Origin: an uncultured Gemmatimonadales bacterium
GTDB lineage: Bacteria; Gemmatimonadota; Gemmatimonadetes; Gemmatimonadales; GWC2-71-9
DNA: 64,000 nucleotides
Reading direction: 5' to 3'
Assembly: GCA_963825055.1 (NCBI GenBank)
Contig: CAWGSK010000012.1
Coordinates: 448,001-512,000 of the forward strand
The notes beneath the pieces were generated by a model. It was not told the DNA's origin, ran no database searches, and worked only from the letters and a program-made list of their open reading frames with translations. A program made the position numbers and the translations under genes. Shown here piece after piece: positions 43,642 through 52,744 of the stretch (its first letter is position 1; the number at the start of each line of letters is the position of its first letter).

Positions 43642-45024
43642 ATGCATCCGACATGCCGCCGAATGGCGGTCCTGTTCATCCTGCTGACCGCTCCAGCGGC
43701 CAGCCTGGCCGGGCAGCAGCCCGTATCGGCCGACTCCATGCGCCAGGGGCTCCGGGCGCTGACCGCGCGCCTCGATTCGCTCGAGGCGGGACAGTGTCCG
43801 CCAGCGCCGCTACAGCTGCCGGTGGTGCCGGGAACCGGCAACGCGGCAACTGATTCCCTCAGCGCGGCCATGCAGACCCTGGCCCGGCGCATGAACGCCA
43901 TGGCCGGCGCGCGCTGCGAACAGGTCACCGTGGTGATGGCTGACTCCGCCCGTGATGACCTGGCATCACTCCGGGAGGCTGCCGCCGGGGCTGCCGGCGG
44001 CGTGCCGGAGACGGCGCCCGCCGATACCGGTGCCGGACCGCAGTTCGTGAGTCTCCAGCGGAACCTCAACAAGTACAATCCCGAAATCAGCGCGACGGGT
44101 GACATCCGCCTCGTTGCGCGTGACGAAAATCCCCAGCGTGACAACGGTATCGCACGGGAGTTCGAGCTGGCGTTCCAGAGCAACCTCGATCCCTACTCCG
44201 CGACCAAGATCTACCTGACCTTCGAGGACGAGGAGATCGGGGTGGAGGAGGGGTACATCTACTACTCCGGCCTGCCGGGCAAGCTGCGGGTGGATCTCGG
44301 GAAGTTCCGCCAGGAGCTGGGCGACCTGAACCGCTGGCATCTCCACGCCCTTCCGGAGACCGAGTATCCCCTGGTTTACCAGCGGTACCTGAGCCCCGAG
44401 GGCCTCTCAGGGGTGGGACTGTCGCTCTACACGGTATTGCCCTTCGGGCTCGCCGGCGGGACACACGAGCTCTGGCTGCAGGGGACCACCACGTCAGAGC
44501 TGGATCCCCTCCTCGCCGGCAGCCGGCAGCCGCTTGGTCTGGCCCGGATACAGAACTTCTGGCAGCTCACGCGGAGCACGTACGCCCAGGTCGGTTTCAC
44601 CGGGATGCTCGGCGAGAACACCGACAGCAGCCTCACCAGCAACCTCACCGGCGCGGACTTCCGGTTCACCTGGCGCCCGCCCAACGCGGGCACACGCCGT
44701 GACCTCACCCTGCGGCTCGAGGGCTACCGCCTGCACGCGAACCTCGCCGGCACCGTGACCAACCGGTACGGCATGTTCGCCGACGCGCAGTTCAAGATGA
44801 GCCGGCGGTGGACCATCGGCGGACGGTACGACTACGTCGAGGCCGCCCGTGGGCCGTATGCCGACGAGTGGCGTATCACGCCCGCGCTTACCTGGTGGCA
44901 GAGCGAGTTCGTGTACCTCCGCCTGCAGGGGCAGCATCGGCGGGATCTGGACGGCGCCACCCGCAACGACCTCACGCTCCAGGCCGTCTGGGCCATGGGA
45001 CCGCACAAGCACGAGACCTACTGA
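43642..45024 (+). CDS. outer-membrane beta-barrel protein associated with metal uptake
   Basis: Signal peptide, coiled-coil N-terminus, NPEIS..D, amphipathic strands, WHLH, C-terminal GPHKHETY. Confidence 0.72.
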   Translation: MHPTCRRMAVLFILLTAPAASLAGQQPVSADSMRQGLRALTARLDSLEAGQCPPAPLQLPVVPGTGNAATDSLSAAMQTLARRMNAMAGARCEQVTVVMADSARDDLASLREAAAGAAGGVPETAPADTGAGPQFVSLQRNLNKYNPEISATGDIRLVARDENPQRDNGIAREFELAFQSNLDPYSATKIYLTFEDEEIGVEEGYIYYSGLPGKLRVDLGKFRQELGDLNRWHLHALPETEYPLVYQRYLSPEGLSGVGLSLYTVLPFGLAGGTHELWLQGTTTSELDPLLAGSRQPLGLARIQNFWQLTRSTYAQVGFTGMLGENTDSSLTSNLTGADFRFTWRPPNAGTRRDLTLRLEGYRLHANLAGTVTNRYGMFADAQFKMSRRWTIGGRYDYVEAARGPYADEWRITPALTWWQSEFVYLRLQGQHRRDLDGATRNDLTLQAVWAMGPHKHETY

Positions 45025-45058
45025 GCCGGTCCGGCCGGCCTGAACGAGGATATCAACC

Positions 45059-46087
45059 ATGTACCTTGCCGCACTCATGCTCCTGAGCGGGCTGGCTGGA
45101 CCGGGCACTCCCGCGCCGGCCACCGCCCCGATCAAGGTCGTCACCAGCCTCACGACCTACGGGGCGATCGCCCGCGAGATCGTCGGGGACCGGGGCACCG
45201 TCACATCCATCGCCCAGGGTGACGAGGACCCGCACTTCGTCCAGCCCAAGCCGAGCTTCGTCGCCATCCTGCGCGATGCCGACCTGTTCGTCACCACCGG
45301 ACTCGACCTGGAGCTCTGGGTTCCGCCCCTGCTCGACCGCGCCGGCAACCGGAAGGTGTCCGAGGGCGGCCCGGGATATGTCACGGCCTACACCGGCATC
45401 AAGCTCCTCGAGATTCCCTCATCCGTGGACCGGGCCCAGGGCGACCTTCACGCGGATGGCAACCCGCACATCCACACGGATCCGGTCAACGCGATCATCA
45501 TCGCCCGGAACATCCTGACCGGCCTGAAGCGCATCGCACCCTCGGACGCGGCTTACTACACCCAGCGGGAGCAGGGCTTCGAGCAGCGCGTGCTCGAGGC
45601 CACCGTGGGCCCCGAACTGGTCCGCCTCCTGACGCCGGCCACCACGTTCGAACTGCTGCGCAAGGACACGTTCCTCGACTTCATCCAGGGCAAGTCCTTC
45701 CAGGGCGCGCCGCTGTCCAGCCGCCTGGGCGGGTGGCTCAAGCAGGCCGAGCCGCTCCGCGGCAAGGACATGGCGTGTTACCACAAGGAGTGGGCCTACT
45801 TCACCAGCCGCTACCAGATCCGGTGTGTCGCGTACATCGAGGCGAAGCCGGGCATTCCGCCCACACCACGGCACGTCCAGGAAGTCATCACGCTGATGCG
45901 GGACAAGCACATCCCTGCCCTGTTTGCCTCGAATTACTTCAGCCACAGCCAGATCCAGCAGGTGGCGGAGAAGACCGGCGCGACCGCGGTGATCGTTCCC
46001 GAGAATACCGAGGGCGCTGATGGCATCCACACCTATTTCGACTTGATGAACACCTGGATCACCAGCCTGACCGCGGCCTACAGATGA
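45059..46087 (+). CDS. Zn/Mn ABC transporter substrate-binding protein (ZnuA/TroA family)
   Basis: DPHF, GLDLE.W, GNPHI, YH and EAKPGIPP motifs. Confidence 0.92.
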   Translation: MYLAALMLLSGLAGPGTPAPATAPIKVVTSLTTYGAIAREIVGDRGTVTSIAQGDEDPHFVQPKPSFVAILRDADLFVTTGLDLELWVPPLLDRAGNRKVSEGGPGYVTAYTGIKLLEIPSSVDRAQGDLHADGNPHIHTDPVNAIIIARNILTGLKRIAPSDAAYYTQREQGFEQRVLEATVGPELVRLLTPATTFELLRKDTFLDFIQGKSFQGAPLSSRLGGWLKQAEPLRGKDMACYHKEWAYFTSRYQIRCVAYIEAKPGIPPTPRHVQEVITLMRDKHIPALFASNYFSHSQIQQVAEKTGATAVIVPENTEGADGIHTYFDLMNTWITSLTAAYR

Positions 46088-46121
46088 GGGAGCCAGCCAT
46101 CATGACGCGAGGAGAGACCCG

Positions 46122-46946
46122 ATGCTCGAATTGATGCTGCCGCCGCTGGTCGCCTGCATGGTGATCGTGGCCATCCACTCCTACCTCGGCCTGCACATCA
46201 TCGCCCGGGAGGTCATCTTCGTCGACCTCTCCCTGGCACAGATGGCGGCGCTCGGCTCGGCGGTGGCAATCCTGGCCGGGGCCCAGCCGGACTCCACCTC
46301 CGCGTTCATTTATGCGCTCGGCTTCACGACGCTCGGTGCCTTCATTTTCTCCCTGACCCGGACGTCGGGCCGGGGACGGGTGCCGCAGGAGGCGATCATC
46401 GGTATCGTCTACGTGGTCGCGTCCGCCGCCGCGATCCTCGTGGCGGACCGCACGCCCCGCGGTGGCGAGGCCATCAAGGACATCCTGGTCGGCAGCCTGC
46501 TCTGGGTGACGTGGCCCGTGATCATCCGCCTGGCGCTGGTCTACGTGGCGCTCGGCGTGTTCCACTTCTTCCTGCGGAAACGCTTCCTGACCATCTCGTT
46601 CGACCCGGAGGCGGCGGAAGCGAAGGGCTGGCGGGTACGGTGGTGGGACTTCTGGTTCTATCTCTCGTTCGGCATCGTGATCACGTTCTCGGTCCCGGTG
46701 GCGGGTGTCCTGCTGGTGTTCTCGTTCCTGGTGGTTCCCGCCGCGGTGGCATTCCAGTTCAGCCGCCGACAGGGGGTACTGGCCGTGTTGTCCTGGCTCA
46801 CCGGCCTCGTCGCCAGCGCGGCGGGGCTGGCCATCTCCTTCCACTATGACCTGCCGACCGGCCCTGTGATCGTCTGCATGTTCGGGCTGCTGCTCCTGGT
46901 CGCCTACCTTGCCCGGAGGATGCTGCCCGGCTCCGTCGAGGCCTGA
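46122..46946 (+). CDS. Zn/Mn ABC transporter permease (ZnuB/ABC-3 family)
   Basis: IFVDLSLAQ, EAIIG, GVLLVFSFLVVPA and DLPTGP motifs. Confidence 0.9.
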   Translation: MLELMLPPLVACMVIVAIHSYLGLHIIAREVIFVDLSLAQMAALGSAVAILAGAQPDSTSAFIYALGFTTLGAFIFSLTRTSGRGRVPQEAIIGIVYVVASAAAILVADRTPRGGEAIKDILVGSLLWVTWPVIIRLALVYVALGVFHFFLRKRFLTISFDPEAAEAKGWRVRWWDFWFYLSFGIVITFSVPVAGVLLVFSFLVVPAAVAFQFSRRQGVLAVLSWLTGLVASAAGLAISFHYDLPTGPVIVCMFGLLLLVAYLARRMLPGSVEA

Positions 46947-46950
46947 GGGG

Positions 46951-48150
46951 TTACCTCGCGGTCGTAAGATCGAGGGCGGCCCGGACCAGCGCGCTCCAGC
47001 GCGCGAGGGCCGGGTCGTACTCGGCGTCATTGATGGTGTTCACTACGCCGATCACGGCGGTGGCCGTGCGCCGGTCGAAGAAGAGAAACGCGCGGAACCC
47101 CCCTTGTTCCCCCGTGTGTCCCACCAGGGTATCCGGCCCTGCCCGCATCAGGAAGAAGGACAGCCCCATGTCACCGGGGGCAATAGCGCTGTCGCTCACT
47201 GCGACGACCGGGCGCCACATCTCCTCGAGCGAGGCCCGGGAGAGGACCGTCGGGTAGCGCGCGGTGACGGCGCTGTCCGGTGCCGGCGTGTCCATCAGGA
47301 ATCGGGCCCAGGTGACGAGGTCATCGAGGGGCGCGTTCCAGCCTCCGTTCGGAATGGTGATCCCGGGGTCGAAGTCCCGGCCGTGCTCCACGACCCGCGC
47401 ACCCGCACTGTCCTGCTCCAGCGTGTAGCGGTTGGAGCGCGAAGCCGCGAGCCAGTAAGGCGTGGCCCCGAAATAACTCCGCGCCATGCCAAGGGGCGTC
47501 CAGATGTTCTTCTGGATATAGGACTCGTACGGCGTTCCGGTGAGTTGTTCCAGTATCCGGGCGAGATAGATGAACGCGGGGTTGCTGTAGCCGTACCTTG
47601 AGCCAGGGGCGAATCGGAGTTCCATGTATGGCATCATGGAAGCCAGCTGCTCCCATCGCGTCGGTTCGAAGGGCTGCCACGGTTCGGTCCCGCCCCAGGG
47701 CCAGGTGGGATTCTGGAAGCCCGAGCTGTGGGAGAGGAGCATCCGGATCGTCACGTCGTCCATTGATCCCCAGGGGTCGTGAACCTGGCGGAGCTCCGGC
47801 AGGTAGTCGGTGACGCGATCGTCGAGCGTCAGGAGCCCGCGGTCGCGAAGCTGCATGATGGCGACGGCGGTCAACGTCTTGGTGATGGAGCCGTAGTGGT
47901 ATATGGTGCCGGGGCCCGCCCGTTCGCCGCGGTCGCGATCCTGCCACCCCGCATCATGCCGTGCGATCACCCGGCCTTCCCGAAGCAGCACGACACTCCC
48001 GCCGACGATGCTGTCGCCTGCCAGGTGGCGGTCGAATGCCGCCGTGAAGGCATCCCACGCCTTCGGCACGCCGGCCTGTGCGCCGAGTTCGGGAGCACCC
48101 GCGAGGACGGCGAGGACGAGTGGGACAAGCCGGCGGATGGGATATGGCAT
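46951..48150 (-). CDS. serine hydrolase (beta-lactamase class C/PBP-like)
   Basis: SITK (SxxK), YSN and HTG motifs; LLSHSSG; signal peptide. Confidence 0.9.
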   Translation of the reverse strand: MPYPIRRLVPLVLAVLAGAPELGAQAGVPKAWDAFTAAFDRHLAGDSIVGGSVVLLREGRVIARHDAGWQDRDRGERAGPGTIYHYGSITKTLTAVAIMQLRDRGLLTLDDRVTDYLPELRQVHDPWGSMDDVTIRMLLSHSSGFQNPTWPWGGTEPWQPFEPTRWEQLASMMPYMELRFAPGSRYGYSNPAFIYLARILEQLTGTPYESYIQKNIWTPLGMARSYFGATPYWLAASRSNRYTLEQDSAGARVVEHGRDFDPGITIPNGGWNAPLDDLVTWARFLMDTPAPDSAVTARYPTVLSRASLEEMWRPVVAVSDSAIAPGDMGLSFFLMRAGPDTLVGHTGEQGGFRAFLFFDRRTATAVIGVVNTINDAEYDPALARWSALVRAALDLTTAR

Positions 48151-48206
48151 TGGCGGATCCCGTGCGGGGGAATGCGGGAGGATAACGCGGGAGGTGTTCC
48201 GGATGC

Positions 48207-48238
48207 ACGCGGGCCCCGGGAAACCCCGGGGCCCGCGT
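48207..48238. terminator. GC hairpin downstream of tRNA-Ser
   Basis: 14-bp perfect stem ACGCGGGCCCCGGG/CCCGGGGCCCGCGT; no strong U tract. Confidence 0.5.
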
Positions 48239-48240
48239 CA

Positions 48241-48327
48241 CGGACAGGGTGGGATTCGAACCCACGAAACCCTTGCGGGTTTACCGGTTTTCGAGACCGG
48301 CTCCTTCAACCACTCGGACACCTGTCC
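48241..48327 (-). tRNA. tRNA-Ser(CGA)
   Basis: Reverse complement runs GGACAGG...CCTGTCC-G, with anticodon arm CCGGT-CTCGAAA-ACCGG, a long variable arm and GGTTCGAATCC. Confidence 0.96.
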
Positions 48328-48404
48328 TCTGGAGGTTGCGGGGTCAAGAGGGCTCGGGGTCGAGGGGTTATTCGACTTTGGGCCCCGCGGACTCCGCGGC
48401 GAGT

Positions 48405-48433
48405 AAACTACCGGGACCCCGCCCCTTCTGCAA
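48405..48433 (-). promoter_or_regulatory. putative sigma70 promoter for tRNA-Ser
   Basis: On the - strand: TTGCAG, 17 bp, TAGTTT, about 78 nt upstream of the tRNA. Confidence 0.45.
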
Positions 48434-48468
48434 CACGTTCTCAGTGGCGCAAGGCCAGGCTATAGCAT

Positions 48469-48909
48469 TCATTGTCTTGCCCAGTTCATGACGTGCTCCA
48501 CGACGGCGGGGACCGCAGTGCCACCAGACATTGCGGGCCGGTAGACGCTCGAGCTGAGCTGCCGTCGAGCGTATGGCAGGAATACAGAGTCCGACACGGC
48601 CACCCAGCCGATAGTGCACGGATCCGCGTGCCCCGTGGAGTCCACGACGAAGGCCGCTACCACCCTGCCCCGGCGCGGCCCGGTCATCGGGGAGCGCACG
48701 GCTCCTGCGCGGATCAGGGCCGGCGGGGTGTCAATCGGCGAGACCTTCCGTGTTTCCTCGACTACGGTCCGGACGCTGTCTCCATTGATGCCATCACACC
48801 GCCCAGCCAGCTCTGCGGGCTTCACGGGACCCGTCTGGACTGACCCCGCTCTGCCGCCGCACGCGGCGAGCGCGATCAGCAGGACCCCGTGTGATCCCCA
48901 GCCCCGCAT
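48469..48909 (-). CDS. lipoprotein with a TonB C-terminal-like domain
   Basis: Lipobox LAAC; GRVVAAFVVDSTG and YRPA..GG..V resemble TonB_C; ATG follows GGAGG. Confidence 0.6.
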   Translation of the reverse strand: MRGWGSHGVLLIALAACGGRAGSVQTGPVKPAELAGRCDGINGDSVRTVVEETRKVSPIDTPPALIRAGAVRSPMTGPRRGRVVAAFVVDSTGHADPCTIGWVAVSDSVFLPYARRQLSSSVYRPAMSGGTAVPAVVEHVMNWARQ

Positions 48910-49011
48910 AGAAGTCCTCCAGTAGAAGGTGAGCACGAGTATGTCCCCGCCTGGCAGGCGCGCAAGGGGAAGCCCCGCGCAGGACCGGGGGCGACGGTGG
49001 TATCGTTGGAC

Positions 49012-49914
49012 ATGCCCCATTCCCTCCGGGCCGGCGTCTGGCGCCTGGCCGACCCCAAGATCTCCCTCGCCAGCTTCGCCGGCCTCTTTCTGACTGCCTG
49101 TCTTGCCGCTCTCGATGGTGGGCTGGACCCGCTGTGGTTTGCCCTCATAGTCGTCGCGGTTTTCCTGTGGGAAGTAGCCAAGAACGCCTCGGGCGAACTG
49201 GTCGATTACGACTCGGGCACCGACCTGGCGATCCGTCCCGAGGACCGGAGCCCGTTCAGCGGCGGGAAGCGGGTGCTGGTCGACGGACTGCTCACCCGGC
49301 GGGAGACCGCCGCCGTGGCCCTCGCGACCTATACGTCGGGGATCGTCCTCGGCCTGGTGATCGTCGTGATCCGTGAGCCCCGGGCACTCTGGTTCGGCGT
49401 GCCCGGGCTGGCGCTGGCGTGGTTCTACCACGCCTCCCCGCTCCGGTTGTCCTATCGCGGGCTTGGCGAGTCCGCCGTGTCGATCGCCTATGGTCCGCTG
49501 CTGGTGGGGGGCGCTTACCTGGTCCTGCGAGGCCACCTGTCCGTCGCCCCGCTGCTTGCTTCCATCCCGCTGGGCCTGCTGATCGGCGGATTCCTGCTGG
49601 TCAACGAGTTTCCCGACGCGGCCGCTGACGCCGGTGCCGGCAAGCGTACGCTGGTGGTGCGCCTTGGCAAGTCGCGCGCGGCGGGGCTCTTCCTGGCGTG
49701 GGAGGCACTGGCCATCGTCATCGCTGCCGTGCTGCCACTCGCGGGCCTGCCGCAGGGGACATGGCTGGGGCTGGCCGCCGCCGTTCCCGCCTTCATGGCG
49801 GTGGCGGGCGTACGCCACCACGGCACAACCACGGAACTCGTCCCCGCGCAGGGTCAGGCACTGCTGGCCTTCGTGCTATACAGTGTTGGCACCGGGGTGG
49901 GACTGCTGCTCTGA
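49012..49914 (+). CDS. UbiA-superfamily prenyltransferase, MenA-like
   Basis: N..GELVDYDSGTD, PFSGG, LSYRGLGE and NEFPDAAADAGAGKRTLVVRLG motifs. Confidence 0.85.
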   Translation: MPHSLRAGVWRLADPKISLASFAGLFLTACLAALDGGLDPLWFALIVVAVFLWEVAKNASGELVDYDSGTDLAIRPEDRSPFSGGKRVLVDGLLTRRETAAVALATYTSGIVLGLVIVVIREPRALWFGVPGLALAWFYHASPLRLSYRGLGESAVSIAYGPLLVGGAYLVLRGHLSVAPLLASIPLGLLIGGFLLVNEFPDAAADAGAGKRTLVVRLGKSRAAGLFLAWEALAIVIAAVLPLAGLPQGTWLGLAAAVPAFMAVAGVRHHGTTTELVPAQGQALLAFVLYSVGTGVGLLL

Positions 49915-49915
49915 C

Positions 49916-51913
49916 TCAGGCCCGAACCAGGTCCCGCAGGACATGGGCGAGCACCGCGGGCAGCCGTTCGGGATGGGAGAGGACGGCGAAATCCCTGCCG
50001 AAGATGCGCGACGCATAGCGAGGAGCCTGTCGATCCACGGTAAGGCAGAAGCAGTGCAGCCCCTGGAGCCGGGCTTCCGTCACGGCCACGCGAGTGTCTT
50101 CGATGCCGTATCGGCCCTCGTACAGGTCCAGGTCGTTCGGCCTGCCGTCGGACACCAGCAGCAGGAGGCGATGCCGGGCCGCGTAGGCGGTCAGTCCGAC
50201 TGTCGCGTGCCTGAGCGCCGCTCCGGTCCTCGTATAGCCTCCCGGCTCGAGTCCCGCGATGCGGCGGTTCACCTCCCCGATGCCGGCCCGTTCCCGAAAT
50301 CCCTTTACCACCTGGATGTCCACCCGCGCTGGTCCCTCCCCTGAGAAAGCGAGAATCTCATGCGGATCCCCCAGCGCGGCGAGGGCCTCGACCACGACGA
50401 GCAGCGCTTCCTTTTCCACGTCAATGATGCGGCGCTTCCCTGACATCCATCCGTCGGTTGACGCGCTCACGTCGACCAGGAGGGCGATTGCGATATCCCG
50501 TCGAAGGGGACGGGTGTCCAGGTACAGACGGTCGTCGGAGAGCCCCCCGCCCCGCAAGTCCGCAAAGGCGTCCACCACGGCGTCGATGTCGAGGTCCGCA
50601 CCCTCAGGCTGTCGGGTGAGCACGGTGCGGCGCGGCCGCAGGCGCTCGAAGTCACGCCGGACGTTGCGGAGGACTGACGCGTGCTCCCGCAGGACCCCCT
50701 CGACCCAGTCCCCGGCGGCCGGGGGAGCCACCTGTTCCCTGACGACGACGCCTCGCGGATGATAGGCAGAGATCCGGTAGTCCCACTCGGGATAGGCGAT
50801 ACCGCATCCGGTGGGGAAGACTCCCCGGGCAGGACTGCGGGGAACCGGGTCCTGCCCTTCAAGCACTTCCCGGACAGGACCTGGTGAACGAACGAGGCGC
50901 GCCTCGGGCAGTTCGGAGACCGCCTCTGCCAGTTCTCCCGGATCCGCCTGATCATCCCGGTCGGCCGGTCGCTGAAGTCCGGCCGGGTCTTCCGCCTTTT
51001 CCTGCAGGTCATCGGTCCGGACAATCCACATCCCAGGCTCGGGATCGTCCTCGTCCTCCCCCGCGTCCCGCACGGCGGGCCGGCGGGACAGCCGGTGCGA
51101 CCGGCCCGGCGGCGCCGTGGGAGCGCCGTCTGGCGCCTCGGCCCCGGGCCCCTGACCTGTCTCGGGGTCATGGATCTCACCCCACAGGGGGACTGGCGCT
51201 GTGCCGCGATACGGGCCCGTCAGCCGCCGCACGGCCTGCGCCCGCGCGGCGGCCCACTGCGCCGACGCAGTTGGGTCAGGGGTCCGCGTGAACGGCGGTG
51301 GCGGGGATGCGGGGTCGGCGTCGAGCAGGTCGAGCAGCAGGCGCTCCACTGCCTGTTCCCGTGGGGAAGGCCGCGAGACCGCAGGGCGGGCGGCGCGCCC
51401 TTCGCGGCGGGCCCGTCGGATTTCGGCATCGAATGACGGCACAAGGCCAACGAGCATCGCATCGATCTCGGCGGATTCCGCGAGCAGGTAGAGGTCAGAA
51501 TGGAGTTTCTCCTGCGGACGGTTGCCGGCAGTCCCGCGCGTCGCGCGGGCGGCCTGTTCCAGTGCCAGTAACTGATATCGGGTGAGCACCGCGGTCCCCG
51601 GCATGCCGTCGATGCGACCAGGGAGCCGGAGCCGAAGGCCGTCGGTGGAGGCAATCGCGGACTCGGGCTGGAGGTGGGCGTATCGACGCCTTGCAAACCG
51701 GGCGAGAAGGCTCGGCGGTGCGGGGGCCTCGGCGATACCGATGTCGGGCGCATCGGGAAAGAAGGCCGCGACGAACAGTTCCAGGCGGCGCCTGAGGTCG
51801 TCGAGCCGCGGGGGGACCGGATGGGCGGCGGCCCGGTGACGGGCCCACAGGTCCCGGGCCAGCCGGGTTGCGGCGAGCGCCCCTTCGGCAATGACGTCTT
51901 CGGGTTCCGCCAT
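49916..51913 (-). CDS. norD: nitric oxide reductase activation protein NorD (vWA)
   Basis: YPEWDY, DVSAST MIDAS, YTRTGAALRH and SDGRPND..YEGRYG motifs. Confidence 0.9.
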   Translation of the reverse strand: MAEPEDVIAEGALAATRLARDLWARHRAAAHPVPPRLDDLRRRLELFVAAFFPDAPDIGIAEAPAPPSLLARFARRRYAHLQPESAIASTDGLRLRLPGRIDGMPGTAVLTRYQLLALEQAARATRGTAGNRPQEKLHSDLYLLAESAEIDAMLVGLVPSFDAEIRRARREGRAARPAVSRPSPREQAVERLLLDLLDADPASPPPPFTRTPDPTASAQWAAARAQAVRRLTGPYRGTAPVPLWGEIHDPETGQGPGAEAPDGAPTAPPGRSHRLSRRPAVRDAGEDEDDPEPGMWIVRTDDLQEKAEDPAGLQRPADRDDQADPGELAEAVSELPEARLVRSPGPVREVLEGQDPVPRSPARGVFPTGCGIAYPEWDYRISAYHPRGVVVREQVAPPAAGDWVEGVLREHASVLRNVRRDFERLRPRRTVLTRQPEGADLDIDAVVDAFADLRGGGLSDDRLYLDTRPLRRDIAIALLVDVSASTDGWMSGKRRIIDVEKEALLVVVEALAALGDPHEILAFSGEGPARVDIQVVKGFRERAGIGEVNRRIAGLEPGGYTRTGAALRHATVGLTAYAARHRLLLLVSDGRPNDLDLYEGRYGIEDTRVAVTEARLQGLHCFCLTVDRQAPRYASRIFGRDFAVLSHPERLPAVLAHVLRDLVRA

Positions 51914-51916
51914 GGA

Positions 51917-52741
51917 CTACAGCGTGGCTGCGATCAGGTCGCCAATGGCGGCGAGGAGGTCGGGATCGTCCGTCAGGGGAGCCATGAGGCCGACGCGGCA
52001 GGCTTGCACCGGCTCGATGCCGCCCGCAATGAGCCGGGCCGTGGCGATCAGGAGGCGGCTGCTGGGCACCTCGGCGAGGCCGCGGTCCCGCAGCCGCCGG
52101 ACACGGTGCGCCAGTTCCACCAGGCCGGCGGCCATCGCGTCGTCCACTCCTCCCTCATGTACCACGATTTGCCGCTCGAGGGCCGCTGGGGGGAAATCGA
52201 ACTCCAGCGAGACGAAGCGCTGCCTCGTGCTTGGCTTGAGGTCCTTGAGAACGTGCTGGTAGCCCGGGTTGTAAGAGACGACCAGCTGAAAGCCCGGGGC
52301 CGCCTCAATGAGTTCGCCGGTCTTCTCGATGGGAAGGATGCGACGATCGTCGGTCAGGGGATGAATAACGACCACCACGTCCTGCCGGGCCTCCACCACC
52401 TCATCCAGGTAGCAGAGCGCGCCGAGGCGCGCGGCGCGTGCCAGCGGACCATCCTGCCAGACCGTCTCGCCGCCGCGGATCAGCCAGCGCCCGGTGAGGT
52501 CGCTGGCGGAGAGGTCGTCATGGCAGGCCACCGTCACCAGCGGCCGACCGAGGCGCCACGCCATGTGCTCCACGAACCGGGTCTTGCCGCAGCCAGTCGG
52601 CCCCTTGAGCATGACGGCGAGCCCGCGCGCGTGGCATTCAGAGAACACCGACACTTCGTCGCCAGCCGGGAGGTAGAATGGCTCCTCCTCCCCGGCGCGC
52701 CGGAGCCCATCGGGCAGGCCGTGCGCGAGCTGGACCACCAT
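51917..52741 (-). CDS. norQ: MoxR AAA+ ATPase NorQ (CbbQ/NirQ/NorQ)
   Basis: GPTGCGKTRF, YLDEVVEARQD, SYNPGYQ and KPSTRQRF motifs. Confidence 0.95.
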   Translation of the reverse strand: MVVQLAHGLPDGLRRAGEEEPFYLPAGDEVSVFSECHARGLAVMLKGPTGCGKTRFVEHMAWRLGRPLVTVACHDDLSASDLTGRWLIRGGETVWQDGPLARAARLGALCYLDEVVEARQDVVVVIHPLTDDRRILPIEKTGELIEAAPGFQLVVSYNPGYQHVLKDLKPSTRQRFVSLEFDFPPAALERQIVVHEGGVDDAMAAGLVELAHRVRRLRDRGLAEVPSSRLLIATARLIAGGIEPVQACRVGLMAPLTDDPDLLAAIGDLIAATL

Positions 52742-52744
52742 GGA

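Noticed and set aside
46951..48150. Antibiotic-resistance beta-lactamase
   Set aside because: The motifs only place it in the broad serine hydrolase family; the substrate cannot be inferred.
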